Of a stretch of DNA of 64,000 nucleotides, positions 28,805 through 37,781 are shown piece by piece (positions within the stretch are counted from its first letter, which is position 1; each line of letters opens with the position of its first letter). This stretch comes from a phage. Made by a program: the position numbers and the translations under genes. The notes beneath the pieces are model-generated. The model worked only from the letters and a program-made list of their open reading frames with translations. It was not told the origin of the DNA and did no database searches. Location: the sequence record PZ452611.1. One strand, 5' to 3'.

Positions 28805-29203
28805 TTACTGAACAGAGCGCGGAGCTGGGAAGGATAACTCTTCTAAAGAGAAGATTTCATTTCCCACAATCCATGTTGCCGGATCATCTGGGTTGACTGG
28901 ATAGATAATCATCACCTCGTCCGTGTTACATACCCGCTTTTTACCTGTGAGGTTATCAGCAACCCGCATGCGCGGTTCTTCAGAAATACACAGGTAGCCT
29001 CCTCGGCCCACTGTTCCTTCCACAGGATCCTGCCCTTTGATTACAATGATTATCTTCTCCCCTGTGGCGATATTGCCTTGCACACTAACAGTTTGACCAA
29101 CTTTAGATGTGCCGAACTTGGTGGTTTCAAACATTAAATCTCGAATTACTGTTGCATAGTCTCCAGACACTTTCTTACCTTCTTTAGTGATCTCAATCTT
29201 CAT
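28805..29203 (-). CDS. hypothetical protein, family B-like N-terminus
   Basis: 132 aa, MKIEITK. Confidence 0.5.
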   Translation of the reverse strand: MKIEITKEGKKVSGDYATVIRDLMFETTKFGTSKVGQTVSVQGNIATGEKIIIVIKGQDPVEGTVGRGGYLCISEEPRMRVADNLTGKKRVCNTDEVMIIYPVNPDDPATWIVGNEIFSLEELSFPAPRSVQ

Positions 29204-29472
29204 ACACTGGGCTCCTTAAATGAATCTATGTAATCAATTAAATCCCAAGCATCCCTATGACCTGTCAGAGGGTATACTTCTCCAAGAGGGATCATAGCAA
29301 TAAGTCTATCAAAAACCCAATCTGGACGCAACATTTTATGGTGATACTCCCACTCACCTTCTACAGACTTTTTCTGAGTGATCAGGATCTCTGTGTAGTG
29401 TTTCGCCTGTCTTGAGTAGATTGAGAATGACTTGTACATAAATGACCCCCTCTTGTTGAAAACAAAATACAC
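29200..29472 (-). CDS. hypothetical protein
   Basis: 90 aa ORF. Confidence 0.45.
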   Translation of the reverse strand: MYFVFNKRGSFMYKSFSIYSRQAKHYTEILITQKKSVEGEWEYHHKMLRPDWVFDRLIAMIPLGEVYPLTGHRDAWDLIDYIDSFKEPSV

Positions 29473-29474
29473 TA

Positions 29475-29789
29475 CTACCAGGTCACTGTCAAGTAGGCAA
29501 CTGTGTTATTTTTCTCCGGAGAGATGCCAACAACATCCACCTGCAGACCTCCTGCCCTCAAATCCCCAACAATGTGCGGGAAGTAATCTGAGAGATGCGA
29601 GGGTAGATTTATCGAAAATCCGCATCCCAGAAAGCCTGCTAACGCTTTATTTTGTATCTCCCCTACAATCGCATCATAAATGGAGTTAAGCTCGTCAGGG
29701 AGCGTTACAGGACGTTTTAGCGCTAACTGGTGTAATTTGTCCTTAGCACTCATTTTCATTTCAGGTCTACCTCTGGTGGTGCCAACCAC
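29475..29789 (-). CDS. hypothetical protein
   Basis: 104 aa ORF. Confidence 0.45.
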   Translation of the reverse strand: MVGTTRGRPEMKMSAKDKLHQLALKRPVTLPDELNSIYDAIVGEIQNKALAGFLGCGFSINLPSHLSDYFPHIVGDLRAGGLQVDVVGISPEKNNTVAYLTVTW

Positions 29790-30289
29790 ATAAATGGCGG
29801 CAAGCCTAAACGGTTTTTCTTATCCCACACAAAATATGCATATGCTTGCCCGTCAGTTCTGCCATTTGATTGAAATGACGGACGCTTAGATATTGTGATC
29901 ACAGTGGTAGGTGCATTATCAAGCCACCATTCAAATCTGGCTTTGCTTTCCAGAAAATTAAGACGTAAAAGCATAATAACTACGTCAGCATCTTTCAACG
30001 CCTTGTCTACAAACTCACGAGCCAAGCTGTATGGTGGGTTGGTGATAATACAGTCAACATGGTTGTATTCTGTATTCAGATAGTCAACACCTTCTTGGAT
30101 TTCTCCCCATGCAGATCCTAACGGCATACGGGAGTAGAACACACCTGAGGCACTATTCCTGCAAGGCTCTAAGTAGGTCCAGTCTTCTGGGAACGGAATA
30201 AGGTCATACAGCCCTTCTGCACACCACTCCGGTGTCACATACTCATCGTAGGCGTTACGTTGTTCATCAGGTTTTCTAGCACAAGTCAT
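29756..30289 (-). CDS. DNA methyltransferase (N6-adenine/N4-cytosine class, small phage Dam-like)
   Basis: CIITNPPYS catalytic motif IV. Confidence 0.6.
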   Translation of the reverse strand: MTCARKPDEQRNAYDEYVTPEWCAEGLYDLIPFPEDWTYLEPCRNSASGVFYSRMPLGSAWGEIQEGVDYLNTEYNHVDCIITNPPYSLAREFVDKALKDADVVIMLLRLNFLESKARFEWWLDNAPTTVITISKRPSFQSNGRTDGQAYAYFVWDKKNRLGLPPFMWLAPPEVDLK

Positions 30290-30306
30290 GCAAATCTCCA
30301 GATCAT

Positions 30307-30328
30307 AAAAGCCCTCCGAAGAGGGCTT
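30307..30328 (-). terminator. hairpin terminator or attenuator between ClpP-like gene and methyltransferase gene
   Basis: AAAGCCCTC-cgaa-GAGGGCTTT. Confidence 0.5.
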
Positions 30329-30340
30329 TAGAATTAATGT

Positions 30341-31390
30341 TTAAACTTCTTCGACAATTCCTGCACCCAGGATTTTTTCATTGAGCTCTTTTGCTGTTTT
30401 AATAATATTATCTACCAGACGCTTGCGAGTCTTATCTTTCACCTTAACCTCTTCACCGCCGTTCAGAGTAGTCTTCAATTGAGACAGAATATCCTGAAGT
30501 TCAACGACAGAGAATCTCTGCAGATCTTCTGAAGTAATCTCACCCAGGGCAATTCGGACGGTCTCGCCACTTTCCATCTGCAGATTCAGGAACACAGTGT
30601 GAACATCACCTTTCGAACCACCCGCTTTTGCAGATTCAACAGCATGAACTAACTCATCTAAAGATGTGCACTGGTGAATCTCCGGAAGACCTGCTTCACC
30701 TAACACGCCTTCTTCATCACCTTTTGCCAGAAGCTTTTTCGGTTTTTGTCCGTTCTGGATGCGTTGTATGTTGCCTTCATCCAGAATAATAGCTCCAGTG
30801 CGTGCTGCCAGCTCTTCTCCGTCCAACCACACTTCGCCACCAGCTGTGATGGATGCGATCTCATCTTCTGTCAGCACCCCACCGTAGTATTTTTCGATTA
30901 AGCGTTCGAAACGTTTTTTCCAGTAGCTGACCTGAGTATTCATGTTCACACCGTTACCATAAGTGCCACCTTGGTAGTAGTGGAACATAAACTCTGTGTC
31001 CGGAGCCACAGTGCGTTCTTTGCAACCCAGCCATAAGATTGTTCCCGCAGAGCAGCACATCCCTTCAGCATGTGCAACAACGCTTGCCTGAGACTCGCGG
31101 AATGCCTGCAGATAAGCCATTGCAATGTGCACGCAACCCCCAGGACTATTGATGATCACCCGAATGCTTTCTTCCGGCTGAGCCATACGGATCGTCTGCA
31201 GACGAGACATATGATCTTGTAAGTCTTCCAAATCGTCGATATAAAGAACGTGGTCAACAACTGGTGTTGGGTAGCTGTATGTTTCCATAATACCACCCGG
31301 CATACCGAACATTTTATTACTCATAGGTTCGAAACCGTTCTGTTTTTCTTTCATGCCGTGTACCATGGTGCTACGAGGTGTTAAATTCAT
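30341..31390 (-). CDS. ClpP-family serine peptidase (S14) with long C-terminal extension
   Basis: IINSPGG motif and ClpP-like core in N-terminal half; 349 aa. Confidence 0.6.
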   Translation of the reverse strand: MNLTPRSTMVHGMKEKQNGFEPMSNKMFGMPGGIMETYSYPTPVVDHVLYIDDLEDLQDHMSRLQTIRMAQPEESIRVIINSPGGCVHIAMAYLQAFRESQASVVAHAEGMCCSAGTILWLGCKERTVAPDTEFMFHYYQGGTYGNGVNMNTQVSYWKKRFERLIEKYYGGVLTEDEIASITAGGEVWLDGEELAARTGAIILDEGNIQRIQNGQKPKKLLAKGDEEGVLGEAGLPEIHQCTSLDELVHAVESAKAGGSKGDVHTVFLNLQMESGETVRIALGEITSEDLQRFSVVELQDILSQLKTTLNGGEEVKVKDKTRKRLVDNIIKTAKELNEKILGAGIVEEV

Positions 31391-31450
31391 GAGAAATCCT
31401 TAATATTGGAAGTTGAAAGCTATTTATTTAAACCTGATTCACATTTACCT

Positions 31451-31762
31451 TTATTTAGCAATCACTATAGAGTACTTACGATTGTCAGAAGCATCGCAGC
31501 TCAATGATTGCCAGTCTACCACATACCACGTATCATTGTCAACAATCACTTTATCGCCTGTTCTGTAGCAGGTGCTGCTTTCAATAATCCGAGACTCGAT
31601 AAAGAATCTGTGTCGGCGCTCACGTAGCAACGCTAAGTTGATTATATTGCCACCACTGTCCTTGATCCATACATTCTTGGATCCTTTATATGCCAGAATT
31701 GTCTCGCCGTTATAGACAAACAGGCAGTATATTTTATTTAGTTTCTCTTGTATTGTGGCCAT
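31451..31762 (-). CDS. hypothetical protein
   Basis: 103 aa ORF. Confidence 0.45.
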   Translation of the reverse strand: MATIQEKLNKIYCLFVYNGETILAYKGSKNVWIKDSGGNIINLALLRERRHRFFIESRIIESSTCYRTGDKVIVDNDTWYVVDWQSLSCDASDNRKYSIVIAK

Positions 31763-31865
31763 ACTATCTCCTTCTCCTTGTCTTGTCCGATAATAATATC
31801 TAAAGCTTACCTGTTTGTCAACAACTGTTTTAGATATTTAAGGGTGGAATAACCACCCTTCTGTA

Positions 31866-32654
31866 TTACTCGGAAACAGGGGTCCAAATATGATTTGCAC
31901 GATCCTCTATAAGATTGAGAGCAATCTGACGACCCAACCCGGAACGAACGACATCGTCTGGACTATCAAAGCTGATCATTCCAACCTCGGGATCTGGATG
32001 ACGAGTAAAGAAATCCGTCACCCATGCAAGGCCAGATTTACCAGGGATGTCACGTTGACTATTATCGCCCATAATTACAAGGGTGGCCTGATCAGAGATC
32101 CTTGTAATAATTGACAACATTTCTTCAGGGTTAGTTTGCTGTGCCTCGTCAATCAGGACAAAGCATCGCTCATCGAAACTACGACCACGAATGCTTTCAA
32201 CTTCACAAATCTCGATACGGCTGTTCTGACCATCTCCCAGCATTGCGGCAAAAGCACCTTTGCCAACACGACGACAAATAGTGTCCATCATGCTTCGAAG
32301 ATAGGGCCACAGTTTTTGCATTGCATTCCCTGGTTTAAATCCTGAAGTCTTTCCTGTCTGAACGTAAGGACGTGCAACAATGATCTTATCAATCTCGTTC
32401 TTACGCAGAAGATCACCTGCATATGCAGATGCCATGAATGTCTTACCGGATCCAAACACACCGTTTACAATAATAATCTTACGTGACCCTAGATAATCAA
32501 GATACTTTTGCTGCTTCTTATTCATTGGTCGGAGAGCTGGAGCAGTGTGCTCTCTTTCGTCAGCAAATTTCTCAGCAGCCTTACGCAGGCGATCAGATTT
32601 GCGAGCCTCTCTAGCTTCATCACGCATGCGTTTTGTTTCTTTAGCTCGACCCAT
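31866..32654 (-). CDS. phoH: PhoH-like ATPase
   Basis: Walker A GVFGSGKT, LIDEAQ motif, overall PhoH architecture. Confidence 0.8.
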   Translation of the reverse strand: MGRAKETKRMRDEAREARKSDRLRKAAEKFADEREHTAPALRPMNKKQQKYLDYLGSRKIIIVNGVFGSGKTFMASAYAGDLLRKNEIDKIIVARPYVQTGKTSGFKPGNAMQKLWPYLRSMMDTICRRVGKGAFAAMLGDGQNSRIEICEVESIRGRSFDERCFVLIDEAQQTNPEEMLSIITRISDQATLVIMGDNSQRDIPGKSGLAWVTDFFTRHPDPEVGMISFDSPDDVVRSGLGRQIALNLIEDRANHIWTPVSE

Positions 32655-32692
32655 GTTGGGACTCCTTTCAGATTGAGATGTGCCAAGTACTT

Positions 32693-33043
32693 TTACTGCA
32701 ACAGTTTTTCAATAGCCGCTTCCATGCTGCTTGCAACAGCCTGAACTCGGATATTCATCTCTTCTTGGTGGATCAGCTCCTTAAGCTCTTTAACGGTAAA
32801 TTCTTTAGAGAAACCTTCCACCATGATCTTGTGCAAGGCTTCTTGCGTGTCCACTTGCAAGAACTTTTCCAGTTTGTTGGCAGAGGCTTCTAAATCAGCC
32901 CGAATACGAGGGTCATCTGTGCGATTCAGCATTAGACGTAAGCCATCAAGATTAGTAGAAATAGCATCTGCATGTTGAGTAACTAACCGTGGCAAAATGA
33001 GATCTACAAACTTATTAGCCAAATCGATACGTTCTTGTGTCAC
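32693..33043 (-). CDS. hypothetical protein
   Basis: 116 aa, GTG start. Confidence 0.45.
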   Translation of the reverse strand: MTQERIDLANKFVDLILPRLVTQHADAISTNLDGLRLMLNRTDDPRIRADLEASANKLEKFLQVDTQEALHKIMVEGFSKEFTVKELKELIHQEEMNIRVQAVASSMEAAIEKLLQ

Positions 33044-33153
33044 TGTTGCACCCCCTCTTCATCCTCATGATATTTCTTTTCACGCTTGTGTTTTTTCTTA
33101 AGCTCAAGCGCAATCTCTTTTTTGTACGCCTTCTTCAAGGCTTTTTTAGCCAT
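33040..33153 (-). CDS. small Lys-rich basic protein (37 aa)
   Basis: GGAGGTG RBS; stop overlaps downstream start; below track cutoff. Confidence 0.35.
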   Translation of the reverse strand: MAKKALKKAYKKEIALELKKKHKREKKYHEDEEGVQQ

Positions 33154-33215
33154 TTGGCACCTCCTCTGCTTTCATTACGACAATTATAACCAACTTAACA
33201 AAGCTTTGTCAACGA

Positions 33216-33689
33216 TTAGTCAACCTGAACCCAACCACCTGCTACCTTTTTAAACATTCTTTGGTTATCACTGCCTCTAAAGGGTTTTTTGGTGGGGTTA
33301 TCTTTTTCGTACTTACCATCCATAATGTAATCAACACTATCTTTAATGTGATCAGGGACTTCTTCAAACAAATACCCTGTGTACACCCAGATAGTTTTTG
33401 TGTTGCCGAAGCGTTCACGGATAGCACAAATGATTGAATACATACCATCAATATTGTAAGGCGCTAAAGGCTCGCCACCGCATAATGTAACGCCGGTAAT
33501 ATGGTTTGGTTCTATAGAGCTAAGTATGCTCTCAATTGTGTCATTTGTTAACGGTTCCCCTTTAGCTGGGGACCAAACACTTTTGTTTTGGCAACCTACG
33601 CAGTGATGTGGACAACCAGAACAGAACACTGTTGTCCTAATACCTGGGCCGTCAACCATGCTACACTCTATAATATTAACAACATTCAT
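33216..33689 (-). CDS. nrdG: anaerobic ribonucleotide reductase activating protein (radical SAM)
   Basis: CPHHCVGC radical-SAM cysteine motif; adjacent to nrdD. Confidence 0.85.
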   Translation of the reverse strand: MNVVNIIECSMVDGPGIRTTVFCSGCPHHCVGCQNKSVWSPAKGEPLTNDTIESILSSIEPNHITGVTLCGGEPLAPYNIDGMYSIICAIRERFGNTKTIWVYTGYLFEEVPDHIKDSVDYIMDGKYEKDNPTKKPFRGSDNQRMFKKVAGGWVQVD

Positions 33690-33922
33690 TCCTTGCCCTC
33701 TTTGAGGTAGGGATATTCAGGCCCACAATAATCTCTATCTAAGAAAACAGCTTCTTCCCCTCTGGAATCAGTAGATTTATAATACCCATCACCCTGGTAA
33801 CTAACGAACCAGTAGCACCCATCATCGCTTTCTACTGTTGTGGCTCTGTCCGAATGAAAGATAATTTCGTAATCCTTACCGAATGTAAACCATCTGTTAG
33901 CTTTTACACAGACACCTATCAT
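33686..33922 (-). CDS. hypothetical protein
   Basis: 78 aa, coupled to nrdG. Confidence 0.45.
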   Translation of the reverse strand: MIGVCVKANRWFTFGKDYEIIFHSDRATTVESDDGCYWFVSYQGDGYYKSTDSRGEEAVFLDRDYCGPEYPYLKEGKE

Positions 33923-34073
33923 AAGGAACCTCTCTTCTGTGGTGTGCTTCTATTCAAGATAAGCTTATAAAAGTCCATTTGATGAAGCCGTATAACTTTT
34001 TATACTTACGCTTCAATGCTAACAATTTTATCTTGATTTTCTTGATAGATTTCCGCATTTCGACCCCTTATGC

Positions 34074-34190
34074 TTATAAGTACTCCGCGTCGCATTCAGG
34101 ACAATGCCAAATAAAATCGTCCAGTGCCTTGCACCAACGAAGATTGCAACGACAACCACACTTGCAAATTTTATAAATACCTTTAGACAT
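34074..34190 (-). CDS. small Cys-rich zinc-ribbon peptide (38 aa)
   Basis: AGGAGG RBS; CKCGCRC...HCPEC. Confidence 0.35.
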   Translation of the reverse strand: MSKGIYKICKCGCRCNLRWCKALDDFIWHCPECDAEYL

Positions 34191-34251
34191 ACTGTACCTC
34201 CTAGTTCACTGTGCCAACAATATGCCACATCCTTGTGGCTTTTGTCAAGTA

Positions 34252-36375
34252 TCAGCAACCACAACTTCCGTAGTGCTTAACCCGTTCTATAACTTCCGCT
34301 TGCTTACCTTTATTGTAAGGACGGGAGTTAGGACTGGAAAGGTATCCAGACACACGTCGAATTACGCTGATCGTTCCCTCTTCATGGTTTCCACACTCTG
34401 GACATACAAAGCCTTTAGCTGTTGCACTGAACTCACCAGAGAAACCACACTTGAGACATTTATCCACAGGCTGGTTGATACCAAAATACATAATGTGTTT
34501 ATATCCGAAATCAACAAGAGCTTCCAAAGCATCTAAGTTGTTTTTCAGATTTGGTGTCTCTACGTATCCGATGTTGCCACCAGAAGAGATCATAGCAAAA
34601 CCTTCCTCATACTCCCACTTATCAAAAGGAGAGCTATTGATCCATACTGGCTGATGGAAACTGTTGGTGAGATATTCATGCTCGTGCTTCAACACTTCAG
34701 GATATTCACGATCCAGACAGGTTGCAGCTTTATAGCATAGACTCTCAGAAGGGGTGCCGTACAAGCTAAACGCTAGTCTACTTTCCTTCTTGTATCGCTC
34801 ACAAGCATCTCTCATGTGCTGAAGTATTCCAAGAGCTAAAGCCTTGTCACCCTCCCTGCCCAAAATCTGACAGGTTTCATACACACCAATATACCCAATA
34901 CTGATGGAAGCGTACCCGTCATAGAAGAGTTTATCAATACTCTCTTCAGGATCCAGGCGAGCAAGAGCGCCTTCACACCACATGATAGGGTTCTGCCCTG
35001 CCTTTGTTCCTTTTAGACGGTTAACCCTTACAAGGTGAGCTTCATACGCCAAATCCAGATACTCGTCAAGAACTGCAAAGAAATCAACACCTTCCGTTTT
35101 AGCTTTTGCCGCAATCATTGGCAGGTTAAGGCTAACAACGCCTAAGTTAAATCTGCCAAGGTATTTCTCCTCGCCTGTTTCCAAGTCATTGTATTTGCTA
35201 AGAAAACTCCGGCAACCCATGCTCGTTACTTTACCATCTGTCGAGCCTGTCACTTTACGATTTAGTGGAACAGAAACAAAGTCAGGATAAATCCGCTCTG
35301 CAGAGCATTCCAGAGCTAATCGTTTCAAATCATAGTTAGGATCTCCAGGGTTCATGTTGACACCCTCTTCTAGGAAGAACAGCACTTTAGGGAACACAGG
35401 TGTGATACGTTCTTCACCAAGACCCATTTTGTGGACTTTCAAGTAGTTTTTGGTAATCATTCTACCAAAGACCGAGGTATCCAGTCCTAAACTTAATGTT
35501 ATGAATGGAGTTTGCCCGTTGACAGAAGTTAACGTATTGATTTGATAGAGCAAAGTCTGCATGCTGTCAAATACGTCTTTATCTGTCATTTGCATTGCAA
35601 CAGTCTCAGCATCTGGCAACCAATGTTCCTGGCAAAATTTAAGGTTCTTCTCATAGGTCGCTTCAGCATACTGTGCCAGATAATGATCAATATGGCTCAT
35701 AGTCTGACCCCCATATTGAGCACTAGCTACTGCACTAGAGATTTGGCTAAGGATTGTTGTTGCAACCCCTATTGACTTAGGCTTACTGACATGGGCGTTA
35801 CCAATGTTGAATCCGTTTTCCAACATATCTGGATAATTTACCAAACAACAGTTTGTTAACGGACTGATCAAGTAGTCAAGATCATGCACATGGATGAAGC
35901 CTCTATTGTGCTCTTCTGAGACACGGTCTGGCAGGATCTGTGTTGATGCAAGGTGTTTGCTAAGGATGCCTGCAAGCAGGTCACGATGAGTGTGTACATG
36001 ATTGGTAGGCTTATTTGCGTTTTCTTTTGTAAATTCATCACAAGTGCGATCCAAGAAGCCACTAATATCTGCAAGCAGTTTTCCACCTGCCTCTCTGTTA
36101 TTATCTCTTGTCTGCCTATACTGGATGTATTCTCTGGCTGCACATTTTAAACCCATATCCATAAGAGCGTCTTCAACAAGGATATGGATATTTTTTACAG
36201 AGATCGTGCACTGGTCGGTTGGTAGATTGTTAGCAACAACTTCATTAACCGCGCAGGCGATCCGGTAAGCTTCTTCTTCAGTATGTCCAGACTCAAGTAA
36301 GGCGGACTCTGCCGCCTTGATCACCTTAATTCCGTTATAGAACTCTTCTCTACCGTCCCGTTTTACAACTTTCAC
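34252..36375 (-). CDS. nrdD: anaerobic ribonucleoside-triphosphate reductase (class III)
   Basis: 707 aa; C-terminal glycyl-radical motif RVSGYL and Cys cluster. Confidence 0.9.
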   Translation of the reverse strand: MKVVKRDGREEFYNGIKVIKAAESALLESGHTEEEAYRIACAVNEVVANNLPTDQCTISVKNIHILVEDALMDMGLKCAAREYIQYRQTRDNNREAGGKLLADISGFLDRTCDEFTKENANKPTNHVHTHRDLLAGILSKHLASTQILPDRVSEEHNRGFIHVHDLDYLISPLTNCCLVNYPDMLENGFNIGNAHVSKPKSIGVATTILSQISSAVASAQYGGQTMSHIDHYLAQYAEATYEKNLKFCQEHWLPDAETVAMQMTDKDVFDSMQTLLYQINTLTSVNGQTPFITLSLGLDTSVFGRMITKNYLKVHKMGLGEERITPVFPKVLFFLEEGVNMNPGDPNYDLKRLALECSAERIYPDFVSVPLNRKVTGSTDGKVTSMGCRSFLSKYNDLETGEEKYLGRFNLGVVSLNLPMIAAKAKTEGVDFFAVLDEYLDLAYEAHLVRVNRLKGTKAGQNPIMWCEGALARLDPEESIDKLFYDGYASISIGYIGVYETCQILGREGDKALALGILQHMRDACERYKKESRLAFSLYGTPSESLCYKAATCLDREYPEVLKHEHEYLTNSFHQPVWINSSPFDKWEYEEGFAMISSGGNIGYVETPNLKNNLDALEALVDFGYKHIMYFGINQPVDKCLKCGFSGEFSATAKGFVCPECGNHEEGTISVIRRVSGYLSSPNSRPYNKGKQAEVIERVKHYGSCGC

Positions 36376-36650
36376 TTTTTCTCTCCAAAACCATTTTTAA
36401 CAAAAGAGATGAAATCGTCGGCACCGCCTATATGGACACTTTCAAGATTGCTTTCTAAGAAGATCTGCGGCAACGTTCTGGGTACGATTGGACTGCACTT
36501 CTCAATAAGCTCTTCTTTTGTGTAACCCTCGCCAAGTGTCTTATATACAAAAGGCAGACCTTTACTGACTGCAAATTCTTTTGCTCTTACACAATGTGGG
36601 CAGTTATCTTTACCGTAAATAATAAAGAAAAAAGATTTTTCACAGCTCAT
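36372..36650 (-). CDS. glutaredoxin-like protein
   Basis: CPHC active site, 92 aa, between nrdB and nrdD. Confidence 0.7.
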   Translation of the reverse strand: MSCEKSFFFIIYGKDNCPHCVRAKEFAVSKGLPFVYKTLGEGYTKEELIEKCSPIVPRTLPQIFLESNLESVHIGGADDFISFVKNGFGEKK

Positions 36651-36653
36651 GTA

Positions 36654-37742
36654 TTAAAACTCCCAAATTTCTTCTTCAGCGTCGTTAACAGTTGTGTTGA
36701 CGCGGTAGTCAGTGTTCGACATTTCTTGGTTCGCCGTCTGTTGCAATGAAGGTTTCATCCACACCTGCATAAACGGTAGAGGGTCCTTTGTTGGCGGCAC
36801 AAAGTCTTTGTCGATGCCATAGTAATCATAAATTGGTGAGCAGTTATAGTCAACCCATTCTTTAAGCAACGGTGAGTTAAGACCTATAATCGCTCTTCCC
36901 TCGCTGAAAATATAGTCACTCCAACCGTACTCTTTGGTTCGTACTTCATCAAGAATCTCTTTTAACTCCCCTTTTATCTCAAGGAAGCTTTTCTCCCATG
37001 CCGGATCATTAAGCAGGATATCAATGATGGCAAAATCACCTTTCGAGTGTAGCATTTCGTCAAGCATGATTTTTTGAACAAGCTGCGCCACCTGAACAAA
37101 AATACCCTGTTCAGCTACTGCGAAAGTGCATGCAAAACTTGCAATAAACTCAATACTTTCCAGGGCTAAAAGTGCAAAAAGCGCTCTAAGAATGCATTTC
37201 CGCACAATATCTTCTTTAACACTAGAAGGATCCAGTCGGTATTTTGCACCAATAACCTCAAGCTCTTGCATGTATTTGACAATAACGCCAGATCTGCTCA
37301 GAACGTTTTGGTTTTCCTGAATCTCTTCTATAATCTCACGGGCATTGGGGAGGCATTGTCTAACAATCTCTGAGTAAGTTAGTGCGTGAAGAACTTCAAT
37401 CTCTGACTGTTTCATCAATAGAGTGAAAAGCTCACTATTAGTGATGAATGGTGAAAAGAGGCAGATGATCGATCTTGCCGCAACGCTATCAGCCTCCCAT
37501 TGCCACATCAAGGTCTGCACCATCACATCATAAGTTGACTTGGAGCATGTTACAAAATCTGAAATAGATTGCGACAAATCAACTTCATCCTCTGCCCAGT
37601 CTTGTTCTTTTTGTTTTTTGTATAGTTCAAACAGTTGTGGATATTTTTTGTTGATAGAGTCGTACATACCCATTTGCTGTCCTAGAAACAGCGGATAGTC
37701 ACCAGTTTTATGAGCGGTGTTCTCAGCATTAAATACAGCCAT
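36654..37742 (-). CDS. nrdB: ribonucleotide reductase class Ia small subunit
   Basis: 362 aa ferritin-like protein immediately downstream of nrdA. Confidence 0.8.
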   Translation of the reverse strand: MAVFNAENTAHKTGDYPLFLGQQMGMYDSINKKYPQLFELYKKQKEQDWAEDEVDLSQSISDFVTCSKSTYDVMVQTLMWQWEADSVAARSIICLFSPFITNSELFTLLMKQSEIEVLHALTYSEIVRQCLPNAREIIEEIQENQNVLSRSGVIVKYMQELEVIGAKYRLDPSSVKEDIVRKCILRALFALLALESIEFIASFACTFAVAEQGIFVQVAQLVQKIMLDEMLHSKGDFAIIDILLNDPAWEKSFLEIKGELKEILDEVRTKEYGWSDYIFSEGRAIIGLNSPLLKEWVDYNCSPIYDYYGIDKDFVPPTKDPLPFMQVWMKPSLQQTANQEMSNTDYRVNTTVNDAEEEIWEF

Positions 37743-37781
37743 TATTCTAACCTCTAAAATGGGGCCGAAGCCCCTTTAAAA

